Position numbers and translations under genes: made by a program
Notes under the pieces: generated by a model
Told to the model about the DNA's origin: nothing
What the model saw: the letters and a program-made list of their open reading frames with translations, nothing else
Databases searched by the model: none
Origin: an uncultured bacterium
GTDB taxonomy: Bacteria > Babelota > Babeliae > Babelales > JACPOV01
DNA: 64,000 bases
Direction: 5' to 3'
NCBI GenBank assembly: GCA_963744715.1
Contig: CAVUUR010000011.1
Coordinates: 1-64,000, forward strand
Shown: piece by piece, positions 9,676 to 20,269 of the stretch
Numbering within the stretch: position 1 is the first letter of the stretch
Layout: each line of letters opens with the position of its first letter

Positions 9676-10323
9676 CTATGGAGTAGTTCGTATGCATAGA
9701 ATATTCCCCCAAGTGCCTTGGTACAAAGCTTCTGCAACAATAGTAAAACCTTGGCTTTCAATCCACTGTTTTATTTCTGGGTAGAGTGGATTTTGTTCGT
9801 AGCGATACGTTAAACTTACCTCCATATGAATTGCTTTGACCGTTTTGAGTATCGTAGGTGATGCTTGCAACATGAGTAATTCAAATCCTTGCATATCAAG
9901 CCATAAAAAATCGATAGCATGAATGTTATGGGCAACGGCCCAATCATCAAGTGTCATCGTTGCAATCTGGTACTGCTTAAAAGTAACCGGAGGATTTCTG
10001 TGGAGAAACTCTTTTGGTTTTAATAATGAGCTTACGGCACCCAAATGCTCATTGCTTTCGTAAAATAATGCCCAACCAGTTTTATCGGCGAGAGCATAAG
10101 GATGACAATGTATACCGTTAATTTGTTTGGTAGCAATAACTAATCGCTCAAAAAGATATGATATGGGCTCGAAGGCATGAATAGTTGCCCGAGGCCATGT
10201 TTTTTTCATAAGTAACGTATCACGGCCGCAATGTGATCCAGCTTCAATAATAATAGGATTATCAGGGAGCCATTGTTGGATGTAGTTTTTGCTAATATAA
10301 CGAAGCTTTTCAGGAACACTCAT
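9676..10323 (-). CDS. FkbM family SAM-dependent methyltransferase
   Basis: IIEAGSHCG, HAFEP, TLDDW, IDFLWLDMQGFEL. Confidence 0.9.
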   Translation of the reverse strand: MSVPEKLRYISKNYIQQWLPDNPIIIEAGSHCGRDTLLMKKTWPRATIHAFEPISYLFERLVIATKQINGIHCHPYALADKTGWALFYESNEHLGAVSSLLKPKEFLHRNPPVTFKQYQIATMTLDDWAVAHNIHAIDFLWLDMQGFELLMLQASPTILKTVKAIHMEVSLTYRYEQNPLYPEIKQWIESQGFTIVAEALYQGTWGNILCIRTTP

Positions 10324-12569
10324 GATTTATTGGTATAGCCACATTCTTTATTGGAGCAGATGAGCGTAATATTTCCTTGTTTATCGAACTTTTTTATTAA
10401 GAAAGGTAAATGGCATTGTGGACATGGTGTTTCTTCAATGTCACCAAAAACAGTAAACTTGCATTTTGGGTAGTTAGAGCATCCCCAGAAAATTTTTCCT
10501 TGCCATTGTTTTTTTACGACGTCCCCTTGATCTAATGGACATTTAAATCCGGCTTTAGTTTGTTGTATGTACTTGCATTCAGGATATCCAGAGCAAGCCA
10601 CAAAGGGGCCAAACCTTCCAACTACTTGGCGCAATGGTTTGCCGCATTGAGGACAGGCATCTTCTAATAATTTAGTTGGTTCCGTTGTTATTAATTCTAT
10701 CGAACCATCTTCTGCTCGTTTGAAATTGCTAGTAAAAGTACATTCAGGATAGCCCAGGCAACCAAGAAAAGAACCCGATTTGCCAAAACGAATAGCAAGC
10801 TTATGCTTTTTACATGAAGGACAGGTTATTGTTGTTTGTTCGGCCTGTTTTTTGCCTGATTGTTCTTTAAAATGCGCTACATCTTTTTCGAAATTGGTAT
10901 AAAATTCTCGTAACAGAACGTCGCGGTCAAGGCCTCCTTTGGCTATCTTATCAAGATCTTCTTCCATGAGCGCCGTAAAATGAATATTCATGATATTTGG
11001 CAGATTCTGTGTTAGTAATTTAGTAACGGTCATCCCCAATTCTGATGGTAAAAACCGTTTTTTCTGATCGAGCGTTGTATAGGCCCGCGCTCGAATAGTA
11101 TTTAAAATGGTTGCATAGGTACTTGGTCTGCCTATACCTTCTTTTTCCATTACTTTTATTAATGAAGCTTCGGTAAACCGTGGTGGTGGCTGCGTGAAAT
11201 GTTGTTTAGGCGTTATGGTGGTTAAGATAACCGTATCTTTTTCTTGTATATCGCTTGGAATAAATGTTTTTTTAGAATCTTCTTCGCCTTCTTCTTCTTC
11301 CAAATATACTTTTAAAAATCCATCAAATAAGAGCGTTGACCCAACAACTTTAAACGTATATTTGCCACCTTGAATAACTACGGTGCGTTGTGCATAAATA
11401 GCTGGTTTCATTTGACAGGCAACAAATCGTTTCCAAATAAGTTCATAGAGCGCAGCAACATCTGATGGTACATATCTTTTTACATAGTCAGGGGTTACAT
11501 TGATATCAATAGGCCTAATTGCTTCGTGAGCATCTTGTGCCTTATCTTTACCTTTGGTAAAAGCGTTCGCTTTTGTCGGTAAATATTCCCTACCCGATGA
11601 ATTTTCTATATAGGTACGTACTTGTTTTATAGCGGTATCAGAAATACGCAACGAATCGGTTCGCATGTAGGTAATTAGGGCAACCGGTGTTTGCGAATCT
11701 TCCAGAGGGATACCTTCATATAACTGCTGTGCAACTTGCATTGTTTTTTTTACGGAAAACCCAAGGCGGTTGTAGGCTGCTTGTTGCACTGTACTGGTCA
11801 TAAAAGGTGGTAATGGTTGGCGTATTCGCTCTTTATCAGTAATCGAATCAATACTATATGAAGCTTTTTTTAATTGCTCTACGGTAGTATTGGCATCTTC
11901 TGCATTGGTAATTTCAATCTTTTTTTTACTGATATGTGTTAAAGAGGCGTTAAAAGATGATGAATTGTGGCCGAATAATCCATCAATTGACCAATATTCT
12001 TCTGATTTGAAACCTCTTATTTCTTCTTCGCGATCACAAATAAGTTTTAGGGCAACCGACTGCACGCGTCCGGCTGATAATCCTTTGGCAACTTTTACCC
12101 ATAAAATGGGGGAAACTTCGTAGCCGACCCAACGATCTAACACCCGGCGTGCTTGTTGTGCAGCAACTTTTTTCAGATCAACCGTTGAAGGATGGTCGAG
12201 CGCTTCCGTGATTGCGGGTTTAGTTATTTCATTGAAGGTAATGCGATAAATCTTAGCTTTATCCTTAACAACTTTTTTTATTTCCTGTTCTATATGCCAG
12301 GCTATAATTTCGCCTTCGCGATCAGGGTCGGGAGCCAAATAAATCTCATCAGATTTTTGGGCTTCTTTGCAAATATCGGCAATTATTTTATCTTTATTTT
12401 CAATAACGACATAGTCAATAGTAATGGTACCATTAATGGTAACACCAAGCTTTTTAGTAGGAAGATCCTTAATATGCCCTACGGTGGACATGATTTTAAA
12501 ATCTTTGCCTAAAAATTTGGCAATGGTCTTAATTTTTGCCGGTGATTCAACAATTAATAGCTTTTTCAT
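10320..12569 (-). CDS. topA: DNA topoisomerase I
   Basis: LLIVESPAK, DPDREGE, SAGRVQS, ITYMRTDS, C-terminal zinc ribbons. Confidence 0.98.
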   Translation of the reverse strand: MKKLLIVESPAKIKTIAKFLGKDFKIMSTVGHIKDLPTKKLGVTINGTITIDYVVIENKDKIIADICKEAQKSDEIYLAPDPDREGEIIAWHIEQEIKKVVKDKAKIYRITFNEITKPAITEALDHPSTVDLKKVAAQQARRVLDRWVGYEVSPILWVKVAKGLSAGRVQSVALKLICDREEEIRGFKSEEYWSIDGLFGHNSSSFNASLTHISKKKIEITNAEDANTTVEQLKKASYSIDSITDKERIRQPLPPFMTSTVQQAAYNRLGFSVKKTMQVAQQLYEGIPLEDSQTPVALITYMRTDSLRISDTAIKQVRTYIENSSGREYLPTKANAFTKGKDKAQDAHEAIRPIDINVTPDYVKRYVPSDVAALYELIWKRFVACQMKPAIYAQRTVVIQGGKYTFKVVGSTLLFDGFLKVYLEEEEGEEDSKKTFIPSDIQEKDTVILTTITPKQHFTQPPPRFTEASLIKVMEKEGIGRPSTYATILNTIRARAYTTLDQKKRFLPSELGMTVTKLLTQNLPNIMNIHFTALMEEDLDKIAKGGLDRDVLLREFYTNFEKDVAHFKEQSGKKQAEQTTITCPSCKKHKLAIRFGKSGSFLGCLGYPECTFTSNFKRAEDGSIELITTEPTKLLEDACPQCGKPLRQVVGRFGPFVACSGYPECKYIQQTKAGFKCPLDQGDVVKKQWQGKIFWGCSNYPKCKFTVFGDIEETPCPQCHLPFLIKKFDKQGNITLICSNKECGYTNKS

Positions 12570-12878
12570 GCTCTATACCATTAAAAATATCTAAAAAACA
12601 CCTGGTTATAACCACAATTTGTTACTAAGTTTTAAATCCAAAACGCTTTCATTTTCAGTTTGTTCTTTATTTATAATAAATTAACTATTTACTAAAAGTC
12701 AAATAATACCTAAAATTTTATTATTGAATATTTGTTTCACCTGATCACGGTCGTTATAGTAACCATTAATCTATATTGTTAATTTTTTTTTAATAGAGGG
12801 AGTATATAGTTGAGAAATTATATGTCAAATTATACATCAGTTCAACTATATTATAATGGATCAAAGAGTATTTTTTTG

Positions 12879-12903
12879 TTAAATAACCTTTAAGGTTATT
12901 TAA
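12879..12903. promoter_or_regulatory. Perfect 25-bp palindrome, candidate operator
   Basis: TTAAATAACCTT-T-AAGGTTATTTAA in the divergent intergenic region. Confidence 0.45.
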
Positions 12904-12986
12904 TCTGAGATTATTTGCCAGAATAATCCAATGGGGATAAGCTTTAAATAATAATTATTAATGCATTGATTTGAAAAGGAAAAAAA

Positions 12987-13793
12987 ATGTTACCTCAAAT
13001 TTTACGCGCCATTGCGCAGTCATGGCGAGATTCTTTAGCTCTATTTTTGCCCAAAAACCTTAAACTTTTTTGTTTAGTAACGCTGAATGCATGCATTCAG
13101 ACAGCAACAGTTTTTTTTAAATACTGGTCATGGCTGATTGCTATTGATATTGTGTTATATCTTTTTTTTGTGTGGATGGGGCCTCTTATTGATAACCATT
13201 TGGGAAATTTTGGAGAACGGTTTTTTCTTATATGGATTTTTTGTGTAGTACCGTTATGTTTATATTTTTTTTTGATGCTCTCGCTGCGCCCTTCAATTAT
13301 GCATAAAGATTATGACTATTTTTTTTCGTATCTGCGGGTGTTCCCTCAATTCTTACTCTTTAACATAATATCGGTAGCTCTTTTAACAGTTGGGTTTATG
13401 ATTCAAGGTATTCCTTATGTATGGGTCGTACTACCGGCATTACTTATTAATTTTTATTCTTTTTTTATTACCGGAGTTTTTTTTCTTCTGGATTCCGATG
13501 GATCGATGATTAGTTTTTTTAAAAGTTTTAGCAATGCATTTAAAATGATTATCTATAATTATCCTTTTTATTGCATTTCATACGCCATTTTTTCATTTAT
13601 TTTTTATATAAGCAATTATATTTTTTCGCCAGTTAATCCTTTCGTTGCATACTCTGAATCGACGACATCAGTTATTGGATTAATGGGAATATTGTTATTG
13701 TTGTATTATTTTATTTTTTCATTGATATATCTTTGTTGGTTTAATAATTTTTATATAAAACGAGTGCATGACCAATTTAACCTGTATATATGA
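12987..13793 (+). CDS. Hypothetical polytopic membrane protein
   Basis: About six hydrophobic segments; AAGG RBS. Confidence 0.8.
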   Translation: MLPQILRAIAQSWRDSLALFLPKNLKLFCLVTLNACIQTATVFFKYWSWLIAIDIVLYLFFVWMGPLIDNHLGNFGERFFLIWIFCVVPLCLYFFLMLSLRPSIMHKDYDYFFSYLRVFPQFLLFNIISVALLTVGFMIQGIPYVWVVLPALLINFYSFFITGVFFLLDSDGSMISFFKSFSNAFKMIIYNYPFYCISYAIFSFIFYISNYIFSPVNPFVAYSESTTSVIGLMGILLLLYYFIFSLIYLCWFNNFYIKRVHDQFNLYI

Positions 13794-13862
13794 GCTATTT
13801 GCCATAATAATGCAATACCAGTAAGCTGATACTATTACGATTTATGATAGTAAGGATTATTA

Positions 13863-14600
13863 ATGAACACAGCATTATTATTCATACGAGCTCTTGTTGG
13901 TTATGTTATTATCGGTATTTTAGGTATTATCTGCTTTATTCCTTGTGTTGTTGTTGCCGCATTGCCAGAGCGTTGGCGCTATGATAATCGAGTGTATTAC
14001 TGGTTTACCAATCTTTTTTATAAAGGTGCTGTTTTTGCTACCTTTTTACCAATTAAGATTGTTGGGTTGCAAAATATTTCGCATGACTCTGCTATTATTA
14101 TAGCTAATCATCAATCAGCATTTGATATACCACTCGTCGGTTCATTACTTAATGGTGTTCCCCATGTATGGCTCTTTTTAAAAAGATATACGCATTATCC
14201 AATATTTGGATTTGTTATGAAGCGCATGAATATTGTGGTTGATCACGCAGGCTTACGCAGATTAACTGGTTCGATTTATCAAGCAGCTGATGTATTAAAA
14301 AAAAGATCGGCTCATATTGTACTTTTTCCTGAAGGAGGAAGGTTTATTGATGGTTCGGTACATAAATTTTTTAGTGGATTTGCATTGTTAGCAGAAGAAA
14401 CACAAAGACCAGTTATTCCCATTATAATGCTTCAAGTAAATAAAATTTATCCGCCGGGAAGTTTTTTATTACATCCGTATCCTATTACCATTATTGTTGG
14501 TAAGCCTTTTGTATTTGAACAAGGGGAGACTAGAGAGGATTTTGTACAAAGAGTGTACGCATGGTATGAACAACAGGTTGAGCAACATAGGGGTTCATAA
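13863..14600 (+). CDS. plsC: 1-acyl-sn-glycerol-3-phosphate acyltransferase
   Basis: ANHQSAFD and FPEGGR motifs. Confidence 0.9.
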   Translation: MNTALLFIRALVGYVIIGILGIICFIPCVVVAALPERWRYDNRVYYWFTNLFYKGAVFATFLPIKIVGLQNISHDSAIIIANHQSAFDIPLVGSLLNGVPHVWLFLKRYTHYPIFGFVMKRMNIVVDHAGLRRLTGSIYQAADVLKKRSAHIVLFPEGGRFIDGSVHKFFSGFALLAEETQRPVIPIIMLQVNKIYPPGSFLLHPYPITIIVGKPFVFEQGETREDFVQRVYAWYEQQVEQHRGS

Positions 14601-14605
14601 ATTAT

Positions 14606-15586
14606 ATGTTTACTATTGTGCATCCTTGGATATTGTTCTTTATTAGTTGCGCAATTGGCGTTTTTGGTTATTATCGTTGGTTTTATTATACGCCAACCCG
14701 TTATTCTTATTCACTAGTTGAAGTTTGTAAACAATATGGATATCAGGTTAGTATTCTGTATTCATTATTGCCATTTATATTACGTTGTTTGGTATTGTTA
14801 TTATTAGGATTACTAATTTCAAAAATACGCTTGATAGATGTAACATCAAAAGTTCCCGTAGAAGGTATTGATATTATGATAGCACTTGATGCATCACGAA
14901 GCATGATCTGTTTTGATGAGTTGCATGACGAGAGATCGCGTTTCTTGATTGCAAAAACTGAAGCAATTAATTTTATTGAAAAACGGGAAAATGACCAAAT
15001 TGGTTTAGTGTTGTTCGGTAGAGATGCGGTTTCTCGCTGCCCACTAACCTTAGATAAATCACTGCTCAAAGAAATATTATATAATTTTAATCTGGGTGAC
15101 ATTAATCCGGACGGTACCGTGATTAATGTTGCACTTGCCATGGCAGCACGACGGCTTAAAGATTCAAAATCAAAAAGCAAAATTATTATTTTATTAACTG
15201 ATGGAGAATCTACGCCAAATCTTGATATTAATGTATCAGTGGCGCTTGATCTTTTGAAAAAATTAGATGTTAAAATTTATACCATCGGTGTCGGGGGCGA
15301 TTACGGTGGATTGATTAGAGAGCCTTTTGGTGTTGTCGCCCTGAACCTTAACTATAATAAAGATGTATTAAAGATGTTAGCCCAGGAAACCGGCGGAAAA
15401 TTTTTTGAATCACGTAATGCCGAAGATATGAAACAAATTTATAAAACAATTGATGCATTAGAGAAAGTAGAATACGAATCAGATATTTTTGCTCGCTATG
15501 TTGATATAGTAACGCCATTAATAGTGATAATTGGGTTATTATTGTTATGTGAACTTTTATGTGCATGGATATGGTTTACGTTATGA
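14606..15586 (+). CDS. batA: BatA-like VWA membrane protein
   Basis: GIDIMIALDASRSM MIDAS, PLTLD, ILLTDGE, KIYTIGVG. Confidence 0.88.
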   Translation: MFTIVHPWILFFISCAIGVFGYYRWFYYTPTRYSYSLVEVCKQYGYQVSILYSLLPFILRCLVLLLLGLLISKIRLIDVTSKVPVEGIDIMIALDASRSMICFDELHDERSRFLIAKTEAINFIEKRENDQIGLVLFGRDAVSRCPLTLDKSLLKEILYNFNLGDINPDGTVINVALAMAARRLKDSKSKSKIIILLTDGESTPNLDINVSVALDLLKKLDVKIYTIGVGGDYGGLIREPFGVVALNLNYNKDVLKMLAQETGGKFFESRNAEDMKQIYKTIDALEKVEYESDIFARYVDIVTPLIVIIGLLLLCELLCAWIWFTL

Positions 15587-16590
15587 TTACACAATGGTTA
15601 GGAATATCGTGGGGAGCTTTTGACTATTGGATCTATGCACTTCCGGCATTGATAATAGTGGGTATTATTAATACAGGCATTTTTAGGAAGCGGGCTATTA
15701 TTGCAAAAAAACTTTCAATGCCATCTTCGTCATACACCGTGCTCACCTTTTCCAGAAATAAAAATATTATTAAAATGATCATATATTTTTTGGGATTAAT
15801 TTTTTTGTGTATTACGTTATTGCGACCTTTATGGGGTAAAAAAGAAGAAATAATTAATCAGGAAAAAAGAGAAATTTTTATTCTTTTAGATATTTCGCGC
15901 AGTATGTTAGCGCAGGATAAAAAACCAAGTCGATTAGAATTTGCCAAAGAAAAAATTAAGCGTTTAGTAAAAAAACTTGGATGCGAACGTTGTGGATTAA
16001 TTATTTTTTCGGGCTCAACAGTTGTTCAGTGTCCATTAACCGCAGATTCTAGTGCATTTTTTATGTTTTTACAGCAGTTAGATGCTGAAACCATTTCATC
16101 AGGAACGACGGCTCTTGATCAAGCAATAAAAAAAGCGATGAGCGTATTTAGTACTATGCCTGCCAAAAAAAATAAACTTGTAGTTTTATGTACAGACGGT
16201 GAAGATTTTTCAAGTAATTTACGTGAAATTAAGCAAGAAGTAGCTGCTATGAACATGTCCATATTTACCATTGGCGTGGGAACGCAAGAAGGAGCGCCGA
16301 TACCCGTAGTAAATAATCTAGGAAAATCAATCGATCATCAACGAGATGCAAAAGGATCCATTGTAATGTCATGCTTAAATGAAGGAATTTTGCAATCATT
16401 AGCAAATGATTGTGGCGGCATGTATTTACGAGCGACGGATAATGATCAAGATATTAATAGCATTGTGACAGAAGTTCAACGATTTGAAAAAGAGCAGGGT
16501 GAAGATAAAAAGTTAGATATATACGATGAAGGATATCCTTACGCTGCGGCAGCAGCTTTATTATGTTTTTTAATTGAGTGGCTATTATGA
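15583..16590 (+). CDS. batB: BatB-like VWA membrane protein
   Basis: LDISRSMLAQDKKPSRLE, PLTAD, TDGED, GAPIP; ATGA overlap with batA. Confidence 0.88.
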   Translation: MITQWLGISWGAFDYWIYALPALIIVGIINTGIFRKRAIIAKKLSMPSSSYTVLTFSRNKNIIKMIIYFLGLIFLCITLLRPLWGKKEEIINQEKREIFILLDISRSMLAQDKKPSRLEFAKEKIKRLVKKLGCERCGLIIFSGSTVVQCPLTADSSAFFMFLQQLDAETISSGTTALDQAIKKAMSVFSTMPAKKNKLVVLCTDGEDFSSNLREIKQEVAAMNMSIFTIGVGTQEGAPIPVVNNLGKSIDHQRDAKGSIVMSCLNEGILQSLANDCGGMYLRATDNDQDINSIVTEVQRFEKEQGEDKKLDIYDEGYPYAAAAALLCFLIEWLL

Positions 16591-17849
16591 TAAGAATACT
16601 ATGGATTGTTATAGTAATGCTCATGATAACGTTTGAAAGCTCTCCTCTTGGATTATTCAAACATTATAAAGCAGCGCAGGCATATCGATGCAACGACAAT
16701 GCACAAGCTCAAAGAATATATGAAGAACTTATAACGGAAGATATTAAAGATTATCAAGCGCTTTATAATGCCGGCAAAGCAGCATATCAACAAAAAGATT
16801 TTGTAAAAGCCGAATCATATTTTAATCATACAGCTCTTAGTCAAACAGCACCAACATTGTTGCGTAAACAGGCGTGGTTTGATCAAGGCAATACACAAAT
16901 TCATCAAAATAAATTGCAAGAAGCGCTTGATAGTTTTAAAAAAGTTTTATCTCTCGATGAACATCATAAAGAAGCGCAGGAAATGATAGAAGCGATTACC
17001 AAACATATCCAACAAGAAAAACAAGCGCAAGAAGAACAAAAACAGGATGAACAGAATAATCAAAAAGAACATAATCAAAAGCCTTCTCAATCTAATCAAT
17101 CATCCAACAAAGACAATCAATCATCAGGAAAAGGTGATAAAAAAGATTCCCCCGAAAATCAAGATATGAAAGATGATCAGCCAGGAAAAGGTTCTGAGCA
17201 AGGTGATAATGAAGGGGATAACCAGCATTCAGGATCTGATAAACAGAATCAACAGGGCGAGCAGCAATCAAATAAAAAAAATGGTTCTGAGCAGCAGAGT
17301 GATCAAGATAAAACATCCAAACGTGATGAACAAAAACAATCTTCAGATGATGCCAATAATCCAAATCAAGAAGAGAATAAGACCGATAATGAACAGGGGG
17401 AAGATAATAATTTTGATAATCAAGAAGGAAAAAAAGAGGGTGACGCACAAAGGAATAGAAATGAAGAACGTGGTGATAATGCCGAGCGGAATAAAAATGG
17501 CACCCCGAGTGATAAGCTTGATGGTGAACAGGGAGATAAAAAGCATCAGGATAGACAAGAGCATAACGCATCTCCATCTCAGGGGAGTACTAATGATCAT
17601 GATTTGCCATTAAATAATAGCGCAGATAAAGCAAAAGAACAAGATGATTCTCAGTTAGGCAATCAATTGCAAAGTGCAGAAAAAAATGATGGAGAAATGC
17701 CGAGTGGTACCAATGACGAATTGTTTTCTGAACAAGAACGATTATTATTACAAATGATTGACGATCATGATGCGCAGATTTCAAAGATGCTTTTAAAGGA
17801 AGAGATTAAGAAAGGAATGCCGGCTCAACATGGTTACAAAAATTGGTAG
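16587..17849 (+). CDS. batC: BatC-like TPR protein with a long low-complexity Q/N/D/K region
   Basis: TPRs (ALYNAGKAAY, AWFDQGN), acidic/polar linker, terminal KNW. Confidence 0.75.
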   Translation: MIRILWIVIVMLMITFESSPLGLFKHYKAAQAYRCNDNAQAQRIYEELITEDIKDYQALYNAGKAAYQQKDFVKAESYFNHTALSQTAPTLLRKQAWFDQGNTQIHQNKLQEALDSFKKVLSLDEHHKEAQEMIEAITKHIQQEKQAQEEQKQDEQNNQKEHNQKPSQSNQSSNKDNQSSGKGDKKDSPENQDMKDDQPGKGSEQGDNEGDNQHSGSDKQNQQGEQQSNKKNGSEQQSDQDKTSKRDEQKQSSDDANNPNQEENKTDNEQGEDNNFDNQEGKKEGDAQRNRNEERGDNAERNKNGTPSDKLDGEQGDKKHQDRQEHNASPSQGSTNDHDLPLNNSADKAKEQDDSQLGNQLQSAEKNDGEMPSGTNDELFSEQERLLLQMIDDHDAQISKMLLKEEIKKGMPAQHGYKNW

Positions 17850-19530
17850 TATACTACTATTATTTTTTTCTTTGACGGTAATGGCGCAAGACACTACAAT
17901 TGCCATGCGTATAACTGATATGCAGGGTTCTCCCATTGGCAATGCAACGGTAGGAGTTCCTTTTTTGCTAGAAACTACCATTAATGGAAAGGTTTCTGCA
18001 CAAGCTCCCGTTATTAAAGGATTAAAAAAATTACATATTGAGCATCAAGGGGTTAGTACCATTAGTAGTATCATTAATGGTGTTCAATCAGAAAAAAAAA
18101 TGTATCGTTATGTTGTTCGTGCCGATAAAGAGGGTTCAATAATTATAGGACCGGCTCGCATTGTTGTTGATAATGCAACGATATCTTCTTCTGCCTTAAC
18201 GATTCACGTTGGTAAAGAGATGCAAACAAACAATCTCGATGAAGCGTATTTGCATATAAATGCCGATAAACAACAGGTTATTATTGGTGAGGAAATAGAA
18301 ATAGTAATCCGTTTTTATTATAACAAATCAGTAAGTTTTCTTGGTATTTCAGAACCAGTATTTACAACGTTTGCTAAGCAACCACTTAAAGGGCCTTTTT
18401 CCGGATCTGAACAGTATAAAGGGCGGGACGTTCCATACCTTGAATGGCGAACTACTATTATGCCCGAAAAAGAGGGTGTGTTTACGATTCCATCTATATA
18501 TGCGCTTTATAGAGTTGAAAATAATCGTCGCACTATGCAGGGATTTGATATGATCGCTGCTTTTTTCAATAGTGCTCAACAAAAATCAGTTCATTCAAAT
18601 GCTCTCACCATTAAGGTAGATTCATTACCCGAATATAAAGGAACCGTACACGGTGTCGGCACCTTTGATTCGTTGAAAGCTTTTATTGATCAATCGAGTG
18701 CTCGGTTGGGAGAAGGTATAGTTTTTCGCCTTGAGCTGGAAGGAACGGGTAACATGCAATCAATACAATCGCCAGCGCTAGTGATGCCAGAAACATTTAC
18801 TTATTATGATTCAAAAAGCATTGTGGAAGAAAAAAAAGTTAAAGCGGGGAGCAGAAAAAAAATATTTGAATATATAGTACAAGCTAGAAAGCCGGGGATG
18901 TGGGTTATTCCTGAACAATCTTTTACCTATTTTGATCCCACCGGTAAGTCCTATGTAACGCTTACCAGTAATCCCGTTGAAGTGACTATCGTCGAAGAAA
19001 AAAATAATGCTACTGATAGCAAAAAAGATATTGTAATACAAAAGTCTGATGCTACGATACTATCTACTAATATTCCATTGCATCAGAGATCGTGGCAAAA
19101 AATTGTTGAACGACAAATACCGCTCGATATTTTTTTATGGTTATTGCTAGTGCCATTAATGGTAATTGGTGGTTATTATTGTTGCGTTTATATTGGTTCA
19201 AGAAAAAAAATAATAAAAAAATATGCTTTTATCTGCGCCGGTAAATATATTAGAAATGAATGCCAACAAGGTTCTTGTGCGCAACTCTATGATATTTTTG
19301 TTAGACTTTTTGCTCAATTGTTTGATGTTCCTACAACTGATATAACGGTAGATTTTATGAATTCCGCTCTACAAAATGCAGGCTCTCCACAATTATCGGA
19401 AGAATGGAATATCTTTTTTACCAAGATTATGGCCTGTCGATTTTCTAGCAATATACATCATAAACAACATTGCAAAGAACTGTGTAACGAAAGCTCAAAA
19501 TGGTTGAAGCGATTGGAAAAAGTATTATGA
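17830..19530 (+). CDS. batD: BatD-like protein
   Basis: SIINGVQS, GVGTF, LEGTGN, FTYFDP motifs; operon position. Confidence 0.8.
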   Translation: MVTKIGSILLLFFSLTVMAQDTTIAMRITDMQGSPIGNATVGVPFLLETTINGKVSAQAPVIKGLKKLHIEHQGVSTISSIINGVQSEKKMYRYVVRADKEGSIIIGPARIVVDNATISSSALTIHVGKEMQTNNLDEAYLHINADKQQVIIGEEIEIVIRFYYNKSVSFLGISEPVFTTFAKQPLKGPFSGSEQYKGRDVPYLEWRTTIMPEKEGVFTIPSIYALYRVENNRRTMQGFDMIAAFFNSAQQKSVHSNALTIKVDSLPEYKGTVHGVGTFDSLKAFIDQSSARLGEGIVFRLELEGTGNMQSIQSPALVMPETFTYYDSKSIVEEKKVKAGSRKKIFEYIVQARKPGMWVIPEQSFTYFDPTGKSYVTLTSNPVEVTIVEEKNNATDSKKDIVIQKSDATILSTNIPLHQRSWQKIVERQIPLDIFLWLLLVPLMVIGGYYCCVYIGSRKKIIKKYAFICAGKYIRNECQQGSCAQLYDIFVRLFAQLFDVPTTDITVDFMNSALQNAGSPQLSEEWNIFFTKIMACRFSSNIHHKQHCKELCNESSKWLKRLEKVL

Positions 19531-20261
19531 TGAATGGTTATTTCTATCTTAAGATGTTTATTGCATTAATGATGCAGATAACTTATTGCCAGCATACGGA
19601 AGAACGTTTTTTGCAAGCGAATCAGGCGTATGAACAACATGATTTAAAAACAGCATCTGATTTATACGAATCCATTATGAACAAAGGGCAATCAATTTGT
19701 TACAACCTTGGCCTTTGCTATTATCAGCAAGAACGCTTTGTTGATGCCCTTTGTTGTTTTTTACAAGCAGAACGGCAAACTTCCTGGGAAAGTTTTTCCG
19801 ATATTCAAGAACAGTTATATAATACAAGAAATAAGCTTGGTTATTTTTCCTCCCATAGTATACTTGAAAAAACTATGTTTTTTTTAAAGAAAATAACAAC
19901 GTTATTTTCTTTTTTTGGATGGCAAATAATATTTTTTATCGTTTGGATTTTCATGATACTTAGTTTTATGGTATTGTATAGATCAAAACGTTATGCATTC
20001 TTTGTTATTTCTTTTTGTTTAGTGCTCGTGGTGGGGGGGCTATTAGTGATAAAATATCAGTTGCGGTATGGACAGCGCGCTATTGTTAGGGAGCCTAATG
20101 TACATTTATTGATAGGGCCTGATAAATGTTTTTCTCACATAGCAACGTTTGGTCAAGGAGAAGAGCTATCAATTTTGGAAAAACAAAATGAGTGGTATAA
20201 AGTTAAGGGCAATGTTGGTTGTGGGTGGCTTATGGCCGATAGTATTAATGTTATTGTATAA
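19527..20261 (+). CDS. batE: BatE-like TPR + SH3 protein
   Basis: FLQANQAY, YNLGLCYY, TM pair, C-terminal SH3 (WYKV...GWL). Confidence 0.8.
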   Translation: MMNGYFYLKMFIALMMQITYCQHTEERFLQANQAYEQHDLKTASDLYESIMNKGQSICYNLGLCYYQQERFVDALCCFLQAERQTSWESFSDIQEQLYNTRNKLGYFSSHSILEKTMFFLKKITTLFSFFGWQIIFFIVWIFMILSFMVLYRSKRYAFFVISFCLVLVVGGLLVIKYQLRYGQRAIVREPNVHLLIGPDKCFSHIATFGQGEELSILEKQNEWYKVKGNVGCGWLMADSINVIV

Positions 20262-20269
20262 GATATCAT

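Noticed and set aside
12570..12986. Replication origin or dif site in the AT-rich intergenic region
   Set aside because: Only one or two imperfect DnaA-box-like 9-mers and no XerC/XerD consensus
17000..17720. Possible tandem repeat or overlapping genes within batC
   Set aside because: Low-complexity coding sequence with no fixed repeat unit; the overlapping ORFs arise from codon bias
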